Shown here piece after piece: positions 26,796-35,497 of a stretch of DNA of 64,000 bases (position 1 is the stretch's first letter; every line of letters begins with the position of its first letter). The translations under genes and the position numbers were made by a program. Where the stretch lies: contig JAOZMT010000001.1 in the NCBI GenBank assembly GCA_029934175.1, positions 19,286 through 83,285 of the forward strand, written 5' to 3'. This DNA comes from Victivallales bacterium. GTDB lineage: Bacteria > Verrucomicrobiota > Lentisphaeria > Victivallales > JAUVCU01. The notes beneath the pieces are model-generated. The model saw only the letters and a program-made list of their open reading frames with translations. It was not told where the DNA came from and did no database searches.

Positions 26796-28289
26796 TTATT
26801 TAGTAGATTCAATGCTTCTAATTTTGTTAATAAATTTGGATAAAATTCGCATATTTACTTTTCTTTTTTCTTTTAAAGTTTTCAACATGAATTCATCTAT
26901 TAAGTTTTTTGTAATATAATAATCCACATATACTGGTTTTTTCTGTCCATATCTATGTAATCTAGCAATACATTGTTTAATTGAACTTGGACTCCACGAC
27001 AATTCACAAAAAATCATTCTATTGCATACATCTTGTAGATTTAATCCATATTTTGCTGTTTCAATTTGTGCTATCAATAAATTTTTTTCATTTTTAAATT
27101 TTCTAATAATTTCATCTCTATTTGAAGCATTTCCTAGCAGAACGACACAATCATCTGGAAAATGATGTGCTAGTATTAATGCAGTTTCTCTAAACCAAAC
27201 CCAAACTATTATTTTTTCATTATTCTTTAGAATTTCTTTAATTTTTTCAATGACCTTATTTATTTTTGAACTTCCAAAATGTTTTATTTTATCATCCAAT
27301 TTAATCCATCCGCTACTAACTTCCATTTCCTTTATCAATCTGTTTTTTATAACTTGTAATTGCGCATCTTCATCTTCAAATATCAATCTTCTAATGTCAT
27401 TTGCTAAAATATATTGTTGCTTGGAAGGTTTTTCAAAAATATAATTTTGTATTAATTTTGCATCTAACGACATTTCCTTTCCCTTCATTACTATACTGTT
27501 GCTTAATACTTTTTTATTTAAATCTTCTTTTGCCCAAGGTCTAACTTTATAAATTGTATATTTACTCGTTCTAACACTATAAAAATAGTATTGCATAAAT
27601 GTATGATAATTGTATGGAAAAGTCCAAGGATTGATAATTGATAATTGCGTAAATAAATCATTTGGTCTATTCATTATTGGTGTTCCACTCAAAATGTATC
27701 TATATTTGATAGGTTTTATTAATCTAATCAATCTTCTGAATGTTTGACTTCTAATGTTTTTTATCCTAGTGCTTTCATCAATAACAATTACTTTTGAATT
27801 TGCATTTTTTAATTTATAAAAAGATTCGGGTATTAATATGCGTTCATAATTAGTTACAATAATACATTGTTTATCTGGTATTTCTTCTTCAGGATAAAGT
27901 ATAACTGGAAATTTTAAATCAAAAAATTTATTCAATTCGCTTTTCCATTGTGCTTTAATAGTCTTTGGACATAAGATTAATCCATTTCCATTGGTTTTTA
28001 TCATCCTATTTATCATTGCAATTGAACTGATATAAGTCTTACCACTTCCAACTTCCAAAAATAAAGCGGCACGAGCGTGCTTCAATACAAACTTGATTAT
28101 TGGAATTTGATAGTCTAAAGGTGGTGTTTTGAGAAAATTAGGCAATTCTATAGATGATTCAAATTTTCCTTGATTGAATAGTTTACAATCATGTTGGTAA
28201 GTTTTAGCCCATTTTTTTAGCTTTACTAAATCAATTTTTTCATCTTCAATTAAATTAGCTCTATGTTTTAAGTTATAGATGCTTAACAT
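26796..28289 (-). CDS. SNF2-family DNA-dependent ATPase/helicase
   Basis: Motif I EVGSGKTY, motif II VIDESTRIKN, motif III LSGTPIMNRPNDLF, motif V KYGLNLQ and motif VI WSPSSIKQCIARLHRYGQKKPV. Confidence 0.9.
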   Translation of the reverse strand: MLSIYNLKHRANLIEDEKIDLVKLKKWAKTYQHDCKLFNQGKFESSIELPNFLKTPPLDYQIPIIKFVLKHARAALFLEVGSGKTYISSIAMINRMIKTNGNGLILCPKTIKAQWKSELNKFFDLKFPVILYPEEEIPDKQCIIVTNYERILIPESFYKLKNANSKVIVIDESTRIKNIRSQTFRRLIRLIKPIKYRYILSGTPIMNRPNDLFTQLSIINPWTFPYNYHTFMQYYFYSVRTSKYTIYKVRPWAKEDLNKKVLSNSIVMKGKEMSLDAKLIQNYIFEKPSKQQYILANDIRRLIFEDEDAQLQVIKNRLIKEMEVSSGWIKLDDKIKHFGSSKINKVIEKIKEILKNNEKIIVWVWFRETALILAHHFPDDCVVLLGNASNRDEIIRKFKNEKNLLIAQIETAKYGLNLQDVCNRMIFCELSWSPSSIKQCIARLHRYGQKKPVYVDYYITKNLIDEFMLKTLKEKRKVNMRILSKFINKIRSIESTK

Positions 28290-28308
28290 TTTTGTTGATT
28301 ATCTATCC

Positions 28309-28380
28309 TTAATAGATTATTCTTCCTTTCCAAAGCCAAAGAATTATTGCTATCCAAATTAGTATTGCTAAAATTTGCAT
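28309..28380 (-). CDS. 23-aa hydrophobic micro-protein (MQILAILIWIAIILWLWKGRIIY)
   Basis: Not in the track. GGAGGG lies 5 nt upstream inside the preceding gene end. Single TM-like segment. Confidence 0.4.
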   Translation of the reverse strand: MQILAILIWIAIILWLWKGRIIY

Positions 28381-28381
28381 T

Positions 28382-28747
28382 TTATCCCTCCAAAAAAATA
28401 TCATCCACTTCAATGATATTACTATTAAATAAATCAAAATTTCCGACTTTCATCATGGATTCTTTAATTTTCCTTTTCCATTCAAGGACCATTTCTGATG
28501 GCACTTCTTTTGCTAAAGGACAACCTTTGCATTGCTTTCTTAGCATCATTAATGCGCAAGTTCTTCGCCAATCTTCCGTTTTCACTCGGAATTTGTGTCT
28601 TTTGCACTCAAACCAAGGATAATCGGGTTCAATTATTTTAATTTTTCTTAATGGCAAAGTAACAGGATCATAATTTTTAGGCATTTTCTTTCCATATACT
28701 ATTTTATTTCCTTCTTCATCTTCAATATAATCAACGTATTTTTTCAT
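28382..28747 (-). CDS. hypothetical protein
   Basis: 121-aa ORF with a GGAGG RBS (aaGGAGGttactATG). Confidence 0.65.
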   Translation of the reverse strand: MKKYVDYIEDEEGNKIVYGKKMPKNYDPVTLPLRKIKIIEPDYPWFECKRHKFRVKTEDWRRTCALMMLRKQCKGCPLAKEVPSEMVLEWKRKIKESMMKVGNFDLFNSNIIEVDDIFLEG

Positions 28748-28757
28748 AGTAACCTCC

Positions 28758-28946
28758 TTAGTAATGGATAGTTACTATTTTATCATCTTCATATACGACT
28801 ACCATTTGACTGGCTTGTATTCTCTTAGTATATTTTTCTCTTATTATTATGACTTCCCAATATGGATCATTCGGCTCTGGCGGATGAACCATAACTTGAT
28901 CTCCGTCTTTCCAATCTATGCCATAACATAGCGTTTTTCCTATCAT
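28758..28946 (-). CDS. hypothetical protein
   Basis: 62-aa ORF with an AGGAG RBS. Confidence 0.55.
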   Translation of the reverse strand: MIGKTLCYGIDWKDGDQVMVHPPEPNDPYWEVIIIREKYTKRIQASQMVVVYEDDKIVTIHY

Positions 28947-28969
28947 TTTTTATCTCCTTATTTTCAGTA

Positions 28970-29167
28970 TTATTCATCACTTAGCTTTATAGTAAAAGTA
29001 ACTAACTGCAAACCTATTGTGATTAGTAAAGTATCTAAAACGGTAACTTTTATTCCAATATAATGTGAAAGAACCTTTAATAAAAGAAAAATTCCCAAAA
29101 TCTTATTGAAAATGCGAGAATTAAATTCAACTAAGTCTTTATTAAGATTAGCCTTTATCCTTAACAT
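28970..29167 (-). CDS. small membrane protein
   Basis: The start was moved to the ATG at 29167 (GAAGGAG RBS). Two hydrophobic segments. Confidence 0.5.
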   Translation of the reverse strand: MLRIKANLNKDLVEFNSRIFNKILGIFLLLKVLSHYIGIKVTVLDTLLITIGLQLVTFTIKLSDE

Positions 29168-29188
29168 CTTTGTCTCCTTCATGGCCCA

Positions 29189-29386
29189 TCAAAAATATTC
29201 CTTCTGCATAGCAATTTCTGGTGTATCAAACATTTTCGCTTTAGGATTTCTAATCACTCTATACTCATATACTCTATTGCATTCCAAACATAATACGGCA
29301 AAATAGTCATCCCAAGGCAATAATAATCTATGTTTAGTTTCTCTTTTACAATATGGACATTTTCTTATAAAATCATAGTCTTTCAT
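29189..29386 (-). CDS. zinc-ribbon protein
   Basis: CPYC .. CLEC pairs. 65 aa. Confidence 0.55.
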   Translation of the reverse strand: MKDYDFIRKCPYCKRETKHRLLLPWDDYFAVLCLECNRVYEYRVIRNPKAKMFDTPEIAMQKEYF

Positions 29387-29387
29387 T

Positions 29388-29579
29388 TTACTCTTCTCCG
29401 ATTATTTTTTTATATATTTTAATTAATGATAGGGAATGAGTTAATGCTACACCAATATAAATTATTGCTAATCCTAAACGATTAAGCCAACTTTGCATAA
29501 TTGTTACTTCTGTAACTTTCCAGCCAAGCCATATAAGTATGATTCCTAATATAATTGCAATGTAAGCTTTAACTTTCAT
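29388..29579 (-). CDS. small membrane protein (2 TM)
   Basis: 63 aa, with hydrophobic stretches AYIAIILGIILIWLGW and LGLAIIYIGVALTHSL. Confidence 0.55.
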   Translation of the reverse strand: MKVKAYIAIILGIILIWLGWKVTEVTIMQSWLNRLGLAIIYIGVALTHSLSLIKIYKKIIGEE

Positions 29580-29739
29580 AATTTTTCTCCTTTTTCATTT
29601 TTTCAATTTTTAATAATGTATCGGCAATATTATCCAAAACTTCATAATACTCATTTAATTCATTTCTCATTCTAATAATATTTTCTTCTATTCTTTGTAC
29701 TATTTCAAGAATTTCTTTTATTTTACAATTTTTCTCCAT
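29569..29739 (-). CDS. 56-aa coiled-coil protein
   Basis: Not in the track. ATG at 29739 with GGAG 10 nt upstream. Its stop overlaps the next start. Sequence MEKNCKIKEILEIVQRIEENIIRMRNELNEYYEVL... Confidence 0.4.
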   Translation of the reverse strand: MEKNCKIKEILEIVQRIEENIIRMRNELNEYYEVLDNIADTLLKIEKMKKEKNYES

Positions 29740-29980
29740 AACATTCACACTCCTTTATTATTTTGTGATATTCATTAAGCTCTTTTAACAATCTAATAAA
29801 TGCATCTATGAAACGTATATCCATTTTTAAATCAACTTCTGTGGAAAGATTATCCGTTCCTTTTATGTAGATGTAATCTTTATCCACTTCAATATCTAAT
29901 TCCAAGACAAAATTACTTTTTTCCCTTTGTATATTAGCAATATATTTGTGTGACTTTTTTCTTATTTCTAATTTTGCCAT
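29723..29980 (-). CDS. hypothetical protein
   Basis: 85-aa ORF, co-directional. Confidence 0.55.
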   Translation of the reverse strand: MAKLEIRKKSHKYIANIQREKSNFVLELDIEVDKDYIYIKGTDNLSTEVDLKMDIRFIDAFIRLLKELNEYHKIIKECECYGEKL

Positions 29981-30003
29981 TTTATACCTTCTTTTTTATT
30001 TTT

Positions 30004-30708
30004 TTATGGCCATTCGGCAATTATTTCCCATTTTTTAAGTAAATAAAATTTTCCTTCTTTATCTATTATTAAACTTGTACAGCTATCCAACATATCACCC
30101 AATTGGAAAATTACATGTCCACTTTCTCTTTTTATAATTCCACACCAGTGCGTGTGTCCAAAAATTAAATTTTTATTTGCTTTGTAAGCATTATTCAATA
30201 CTTTTTTAACTGTAATATCATAAATTTTTTGCTTTTGTCCATATTTAGCTTTTCCTGGAGTAACAAAATATGGTATTAACCAACTAAAAAATTTATATAA
30301 CCATACATGTTTACATATAGGATCAAATTGATGTCCATGTAAGATACAGAATGTAGTTTCATTAACAGATATATAATCTCTATCGCTATCAGTATAAGAT
30401 GGAAGCCCAAAAACTTTGCCAGATTCCATGTCGTGATTTCCTCTTAATAAAAATAGTCTATTTAGCTGCTTTAATTTCCTTAGTAAGCCTATTTCAATAA
30501 TACCTTTTTTTCTAACTTCATCTTCCTTACATTCTATTAATTCAAAAACATCACCTAACCCATAGACCTTAGCTTTGCTATAGTCTATAACCTTCATAAG
30601 CCATTCGGTAAAAAATTCATTATTTCTTGGAATGTGACTGTCACTGAAAAACATTTTTTCAGCGTTTTTTAGAAGCTCTTTAATTTTCATTTCAATCAAT
30701 TCCTCCAT
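30004..30708 (-). CDS. calcineurin-like metallophosphoesterase (LpxH / Mre11-SbcD-type motif set)
   Basis: Motifs SDSH, GLGDVFE, RGNHD, LHGHQFD and GHTHW occur in the canonical order. The start abuts the Ku stop. Confidence 0.8.
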   Translation of the reverse strand: MEELIEMKIKELLKNAEKMFFSDSHIPRNNEFFTEWLMKVIDYSKAKVYGLGDVFELIECKEDEVRKKGIIEIGLLRKLKQLNRLFLLRGNHDMESGKVFGLPSYTDSDRDYISVNETTFCILHGHQFDPICKHVWLYKFFSWLIPYFVTPGKAKYGQKQKIYDITVKKVLNNAYKANKNLIFGHTHWCGIIKRESGHVIFQLGDMLDSCTSLIIDKEGKFYLLKKWEIIAEWP

Positions 30709-31416
30709 TTATTTTTTTCCATTGAGAGATTCCTTTAATAAATCAACAAGACTTGTTGCTACCTTTCCATTTTTCTTTTTAGCCCTTTTCTTTCTATTTG
30801 TCAAATCTAAGGCTACCTGTTTTATAAATTCTCCCTTGTCAAAAAATGTGTATTCTTCCTTGTTTTTTTCCTTTACAATTCTATCAAAAAGTTCTTTTTC
30901 TTTTTTTGTCACTTTTACTTTTGGAATTTCAATTTTGATATCCCTAATTGGCCTTATCCGTGCCATGAGTAACTGTCCATCAGATGGAAATACAACAACA
31001 TTAGTTATGTTTCCTCTTAAAATCATATGGCCTAACCATTTATAATTAGCTATTAGACTTATCAATTTATCATCTTTTTCTGCTTCCAATAGATATAACT
31101 CACCCGCAAAAAGCAATGGATTGATTTCTTTTATTGTTTTAATCAAATTGATTACTTTGCCTTCATGCTTTAGCTGATTCAAATCTTCTTTATCAAAGAA
31201 AACTAACTTTTCATCATCTAATTTGATTCCTTTCAATATCTCTGTAACTTCTTTTCCACAATTTCCACAAACCTTAACATATCTCACTCTTTCTTTGCAG
31301 CAAGATGAATATTCATGAAAAACATTTCCATTAATGTCTTCATTTAATTTGTAAACGCCAACATTAGTACTTATTAAATCATTTACCTTAATTTTTAATG
31401 TTGCTATCTTTTTCAT
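30709..31416 (-). CDS. ku: Ku-like DNA end-binding protein
   Basis: Colinear with bacterial Ku (for example B. subtilis YkoV). The matches are VRYVKVCGNCGKEV..ILKG (vs IKYEKVCTNCEKTL..IVKG), FFDKEDLNQL, INLIKTIKEINPLLF and LLMARIRP.RDI. GGAGG RBS. Confidence 0.8.
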   Translation of the reverse strand: MKKIATLKIKVNDLISTNVGVYKLNEDINGNVFHEYSSCCKERVRYVKVCGNCGKEVTEILKGIKLDDEKLVFFDKEDLNQLKHEGKVINLIKTIKEINPLLFAGELYLLEAEKDDKLISLIANYKWLGHMILRGNITNVVVFPSDGQLLMARIRPIRDIKIEIPKVKVTKKEKELFDRIVKEKNKEEYTFFDKGEFIKQVALDLTNRKKRAKKKNGKVATSLVDLLKESLNGKK

Positions 31417-31436
31417 TTTTTACCTCCTTATTTTTC

Positions 31437-31464
31437 TAATAATCATTATTGATTTAAAAGTCAA
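31437..31464 (-). promoter_or_regulatory. conserved early promoter TTGACT-N13-TGATTATTA
   Basis: The - strand reads ggcTTGACTtttaaatcaataaTGATTATTA. It overlaps the vWA gene stop, upstream of ku. Confidence 0.65.
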
Positions 31465-33182
31465 GCCTTGCTTAAAATTTCATTTAAATTTTTGACATAG
31501 GCATCAAATGTTGGAGAAAGATATTTTTTAAAATACCTCATTAGTCTTGGAATATGTATTTTTCCCACTTGATCTAGAGCCAACTTTTTCCTTATCAATA
31601 AAAATATAATGTTTTGATTGTAACCAATCATTTTATCTATTCTTTCTAACTCATAAGGATAAAAATGCATATCTGTTAGAATTATAAATAATTTTTCATC
31701 GCTATCATTTAATCTATTTATTTCTTGCTCAACTTTGCTATATGAAGTTCCACCACCAACATCTTTGAAAAATTCTTCTACATTTCCTTTTTTATTCCAT
31801 CTATATACTTTAGTATTGAATTTATAAAGTTCAAAATTATCCAAATCAGCATTTTTCTTAAAGGCTTTGACTGTTATTATCGCCCATTTGATTTGTTCAG
31901 GTGTCATGCTACTGCTTATATCAACAAAAAGATAAATCTTCTTTTCTTCCGCTTCAATAATTTCCATTTCAAATAAATTTGTAATATCTTTAGTAAACCA
32001 ATTTTCTAATTCATTGGTTAAATGGATACCATTTTCAAGCTTTTGCCTAACTTCCTTTGGAATTATCTTTATTTTTTCTATACTCTCTTCATTCTTTTTG
32101 GTTAATCTTAAATTCCTATAATCATATATAGTTCTAAACAAATTAGTAATATCTTCAAAGCCTACGTTTCCGTTAACCATTGTTCTGTTAACGCTTGCCA
32201 ATTTATATTTTAATTTATTAGCTTTCTTTCTTATATCTTCAAATTTAGAATAGCTTCCTATTTCCAATAGTTTGTAAAGGTCAAGTAATTGTTCACTGAT
32301 TTTAATATTAAATGCTCTTTCAAATTCGTCTTTTGAAATTAATTTATCTTCAAGATTTTGTTCCAATAAACGATTAAGTAATACTTTATATTGACTAACT
32401 TGTGTTCTAATTTGCAAATTTTTTGATGGATCTTGTTTTTCATCCATTTCAGCTTTTACCACTGCTGCAATTTTTTTCAAATCTTCTTTTTCTTCTTCTG
32501 TAAATAACTGACTTTTGTTTATATCTGTATTAGTTACAATTTCTTTTGACTTTTTCTTTCTTTCTTTTGGAATTTCAATTTCCAAAAATCCTAAAATGTC
32601 ATGTGCAAGTTCGATTTCTTTATCTATGGACAATTTTTTAAATCTTAAAAAGTTTATAGCTTTACCAAACTTTTTGACTATTTCATAAGCAATTGCTTTT
32701 GCTTGATTATCAAAACTAATATCTGGATAACAATAGTATAGATAAAGATGTAACAACACATTTATATACAAAGGATTTTTCTTAAAGGCTTCCAAATTAT
32801 CTTCAATTACCTTTCGTGTAGCAAAATATCTAATTTTAGCCAAATTAGTATCTTTTAACTCCTTTTCCATCAAAGTTTTAGTATCAACTTTAATATCTTC
32901 TAATACATTAACAGTGAATTTTAATGCACTTGAACATCTATTTGCCAATTTCATTTGATAAGATACTGGCGTATATAAGATATGCGCTCTTTCATGGAAT
33001 AATAGGTGTAATAGAATTTGCCTATTTGCGTCATCAATTTCTGCATTTAAATATTTTTCAGGAATATAGATAATTCTTTCTTTCAAATCGGTTTTTGGTG
33101 TATCTTTTGTGGCTATTATGTTTACATCTTCACTTTTAGTAAATGTATTAAAGATATATCTTAGACTTTCTAAATTATTCAT
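31461..33182 (-). CDS. metallopeptidase-like + vWA domain protein (DUF2201-type partner of AAA+ ATPase)
   Basis: N-terminal HExxH (LFHERAHILY). C-terminal MIDAS elements DISSSM, GGGTSY and ILTDMH. Its start overlaps the AAA+ gene stop (ATGA). Confidence 0.75.
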   Translation of the reverse strand: MNNLESLRYIFNTFTKSEDVNIIATKDTPKTDLKERIIYIPEKYLNAEIDDANRQILLHLLFHERAHILYTPVSYQMKLANRCSSALKFTVNVLEDIKVDTKTLMEKELKDTNLAKIRYFATRKVIEDNLEAFKKNPLYINVLLHLYLYYCYPDISFDNQAKAIAYEIVKKFGKAINFLRFKKLSIDKEIELAHDILGFLEIEIPKERKKKSKEIVTNTDINKSQLFTEEEKEDLKKIAAVVKAEMDEKQDPSKNLQIRTQVSQYKVLLNRLLEQNLEDKLISKDEFERAFNIKISEQLLDLYKLLEIGSYSKFEDIRKKANKLKYKLASVNRTMVNGNVGFEDITNLFRTIYDYRNLRLTKKNEESIEKIKIIPKEVRQKLENGIHLTNELENWFTKDITNLFEMEIIEAEEKKIYLFVDISSSMTPEQIKWAIITVKAFKKNADLDNFELYKFNTKVYRWNKKGNVEEFFKDVGGGTSYSKVEQEINRLNDSDEKLFIILTDMHFYPYELERIDKMIGYNQNIIFLLIRKKLALDQVGKIHIPRLMRYFKKYLSPTFDAYVKNLNEILSKA

Positions 33183-34303
33183 TTTATTGTCCTTATTTTA
33201 GTTGTTATTGCCGATTCTTTTGGAAGTTCACCTACAAGCCATCTCCACCAATCATCTTCAATTATTATGTCTTTTTTCATTTCTTTGTAATAATCTTTTA
33301 ATTTATCTATTGTTTTTTCTACTTTTTTCTTTTTCTCTTTCTCTTCTTCTTTAAGTAGTAACGTTTGCAACTTTTTCATGGCTTCGTCTTCTTCATTTAG
33401 CATTGCCTTATTTACAAAGGCAATTTCAAATGCTTCTTTTTTACTAAATCCAATATCTCGCAGTGATTGATATTGTTTTATAGTTCTAATACTGTACATG
33501 GTACGCATTTCGTTTCTATTAATCATTTTGACTGCTTCAATATAAAATCTTAAGATATCATCTTCAATCTTAAATTTTGTTGATAACTCTTTATCTGTAA
33601 AATGTGGAAATTTAATTATGATTAATCTATCTAGAAAAGCTGCATTAAAATTATTCGTACCGATATATCTCATATTTTTTTGGTTACATGCAAAAGCAAT
33701 TCTACATTCAGGATGAATTTTAACAGTTTTTCTAAGCTCAGGTATAAATAAGCTTCTATTTTCTGTCATTTCGTGAAACCTAAATGCAGCTTTGGCTGGC
33801 AATGCATTTATTTCATCAAATAAAATTAAGGATGGATTTTGTAGAAAATCAACCATTAATCCTGCTTCAAATGTAGTTTCATTATTTCTAATTTCCCTAA
33901 ATCCCAACAAATGATTAAATTTACTATTATCATCTAGACTTATTATTAAGCATGGCAAATTATGCTTGTAAGCATAATATCTGCAAGCATAAGTTTTTCC
34001 TGTGCCAGTTTCGCCAACCAAGAGTGCCATCTTATTAGCTTCCAAAATAGCATCCAACTTATTATCTATATCTCTGTGAATATAGTCTTTAAATTCGTCT
34101 TCATTTGGGATATAGACGTCTAATGGTTTAGAATGTACTTTACTTAAATGTTCATATGCTTCTTTTTCTTTGATGAATTTTCTATTGATAAGGCTGACTG
34201 TTGATTGACTAATGTTTAACTCTTCTGCTATATCCTTTTGTTTATAACCTTTTAATAGCATTTCTATTATTTTTTCCCTTTTTTTCTCTTTTATTTTTTT
34301 CAT
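33179..34303 (-). CDS. HTH-fused AAA+ ATPase (AAA_5 / MoxR-CbbQ-CobS-like)
   Basis: N-terminal sigma-r4/LuxR-like HTH (KQKDIAEELNISQSTVSLINRKF). Walker A VGETGTGKTY and Walker B LILFDEINA. GGAG RBS and ATGA coupling on both sides. Confidence 0.8.
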   Translation of the reverse strand: MKKIKEKKREKIIEMLLKGYKQKDIAEELNISQSTVSLINRKFIKEKEAYEHLSKVHSKPLDVYIPNEDEFKDYIHRDIDNKLDAILEANKMALLVGETGTGKTYACRYYAYKHNLPCLIISLDDNSKFNHLLGFREIRNNETTFEAGLMVDFLQNPSLILFDEINALPAKAAFRFHEMTENRSLFIPELRKTVKIHPECRIAFACNQKNMRYIGTNNFNAAFLDRLIIIKFPHFTDKELSTKFKIEDDILRFYIEAVKMINRNEMRTMYSIRTIKQYQSLRDIGFSKKEAFEIAFVNKAMLNEEDEAMKKLQTLLLKEEEKEKKKKVEKTIDKLKDYYKEMKKDIIIEDDWWRWLVGELPKESAITTKIRTIK

Positions 34304-34794
34304 TTTATCACTCCTTTCTCTTCTACTAAATAATCATTCTTTATTTCAATGTCAAGAGGTAAATATACTATCAATTTGTTTTTGGTTATATGCTCCAAAA
34401 ATCGTTTTGCCTTTTCATCATTATTTGGTGCTTGCCACCTAGTGGAATGACATAATTTCCTTATTTGTTCTCTACATTTATTTAATGTTTTCCATCTTTC
34501 AGCTAATATTTTTCTTTCCTTACTATTTTTTGGCAATTTTCGTAATTGGTTGTTTAGTTCTGTAATTTCTTCTTTCCATTGATTCTTCAATTTTATTAAT
34601 TTTTCTCTAACTGCTAACCACTTAAATACTCCTCTAGCTAGAAGTATCATATATGTTAGTCTTTCATCAATACCAAATAGATTTTCAAAGTCTCTAGCTA
34701 TATATCTAGGCTTATTTTGTTTAAAACTATTTATCGTTTTTGGATTTAACTCAAATATTTTTTCCATATCTTTCATACTAATCAGTTTCATCAA
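34300..34794 (-). CDS. hypothetical protein
   Basis: 164-aa ORF with a GGAGG RBS (aaGGAGGattgATG). Confidence 0.65.
   Translation of the reverse strand: MMKLISMKDMEKIFELNPKTINSFKQNKPRYIARDFENLFGIDERLTYMILLARGVFKWLAVREKLIKLKNQWKEEITELNNQLRKLPKNSKERKILAERWKTLNKCREQIRKLCHSTRWQAPNNDEKAKRFLEHITKNKLIVYLPLDIEIKNDYLVEEKGVIK
34328..34355 (-). promoter_or_regulatory. conserved early promoter TTGACA-N13-TGATTATTT
   Basis: The - strand reads TTGACAttgaaataaagaaTGATTATTT. It lies in the 3' end of ORF 34300-34794, upstream of the AAA+ gene. Confidence 0.6.
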
Positions 34795-34944
34795 TCCTCC
34801 TTTCTTTAAAAATTTCTTTATAGGTTAATTAAACAATAATCCCAAATTCTATAACCTTTATGGATTAGGGCAAATGGATTTGGGTGTTCATTAACTTTAA
34901 TTACAATTGCAGTTCCAAGAGGTTTGTCCCCTCTTACCCAAATT

Positions 34945-35496
34945 TTAAACCAACTTCCAGACATTTGGGTAGAATGCATCGTTGGAACTATTGTTGCATT
35001 TTTTCCTCCATTTAATTTTTTTTATTTCCTTAAAAACATTTCTAAACCATAATGTTGATTCACAATCCCAACCATATAAGCTTGGATTACTGTACCTTGT
35101 TTCTTTCTCGCCTTCCTCGGTTAACATCACTCCATCATAGTATTTGGCAATTTCTTCCCAATCTAATGGTGCAAGTAAACCCGATAAAGAGTCTGCCTTT
35201 GCCCACATAAATCTTTCGCAAAGATATTTAAGATCATCAAATGAATTTATGATAAACACATTTACATCTTCTTTCGGAATTAAAAGGAAAAAGTTGATGC
35301 CTTTAATCCATTCTGGTTGTTCTTTTATACACCATTTTACCCAAGCACTTGGATATTCATCGTTTGGAGTATATGTTGATGTCCATAAACCACCAATTGG
35401 TTTAGCTGGATACCAATCTATGTTTTTAACAGGTAATATTTTTCCAAATTCTTTCTTTCTAGTGCAAAATAATTGTGGTTTAATAATCTTAAACAT
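34945..35496 (-). CDS. hypothetical Trp-rich protein
   Basis: 183-aa ORF, adjacent to 35498-35884 (2-nt gap). Confidence 0.6.
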   Translation of the reverse strand: MFKIIKPQLFCTRKKEFGKILPVKNIDWYPAKPIGGLWTSTYTPNDEYPSAWVKWCIKEQPEWIKGINFFLLIPKEDVNVFIINSFDDLKYLCERFMWAKADSLSGLLAPLDWEEIAKYYDGVMLTEEGEKETRYSNPSLYGWDCESTLWFRNVFKEIKKIKWRKKCNNSSNDAFYPNVWKLV

Positions 35497-35497
35497 A

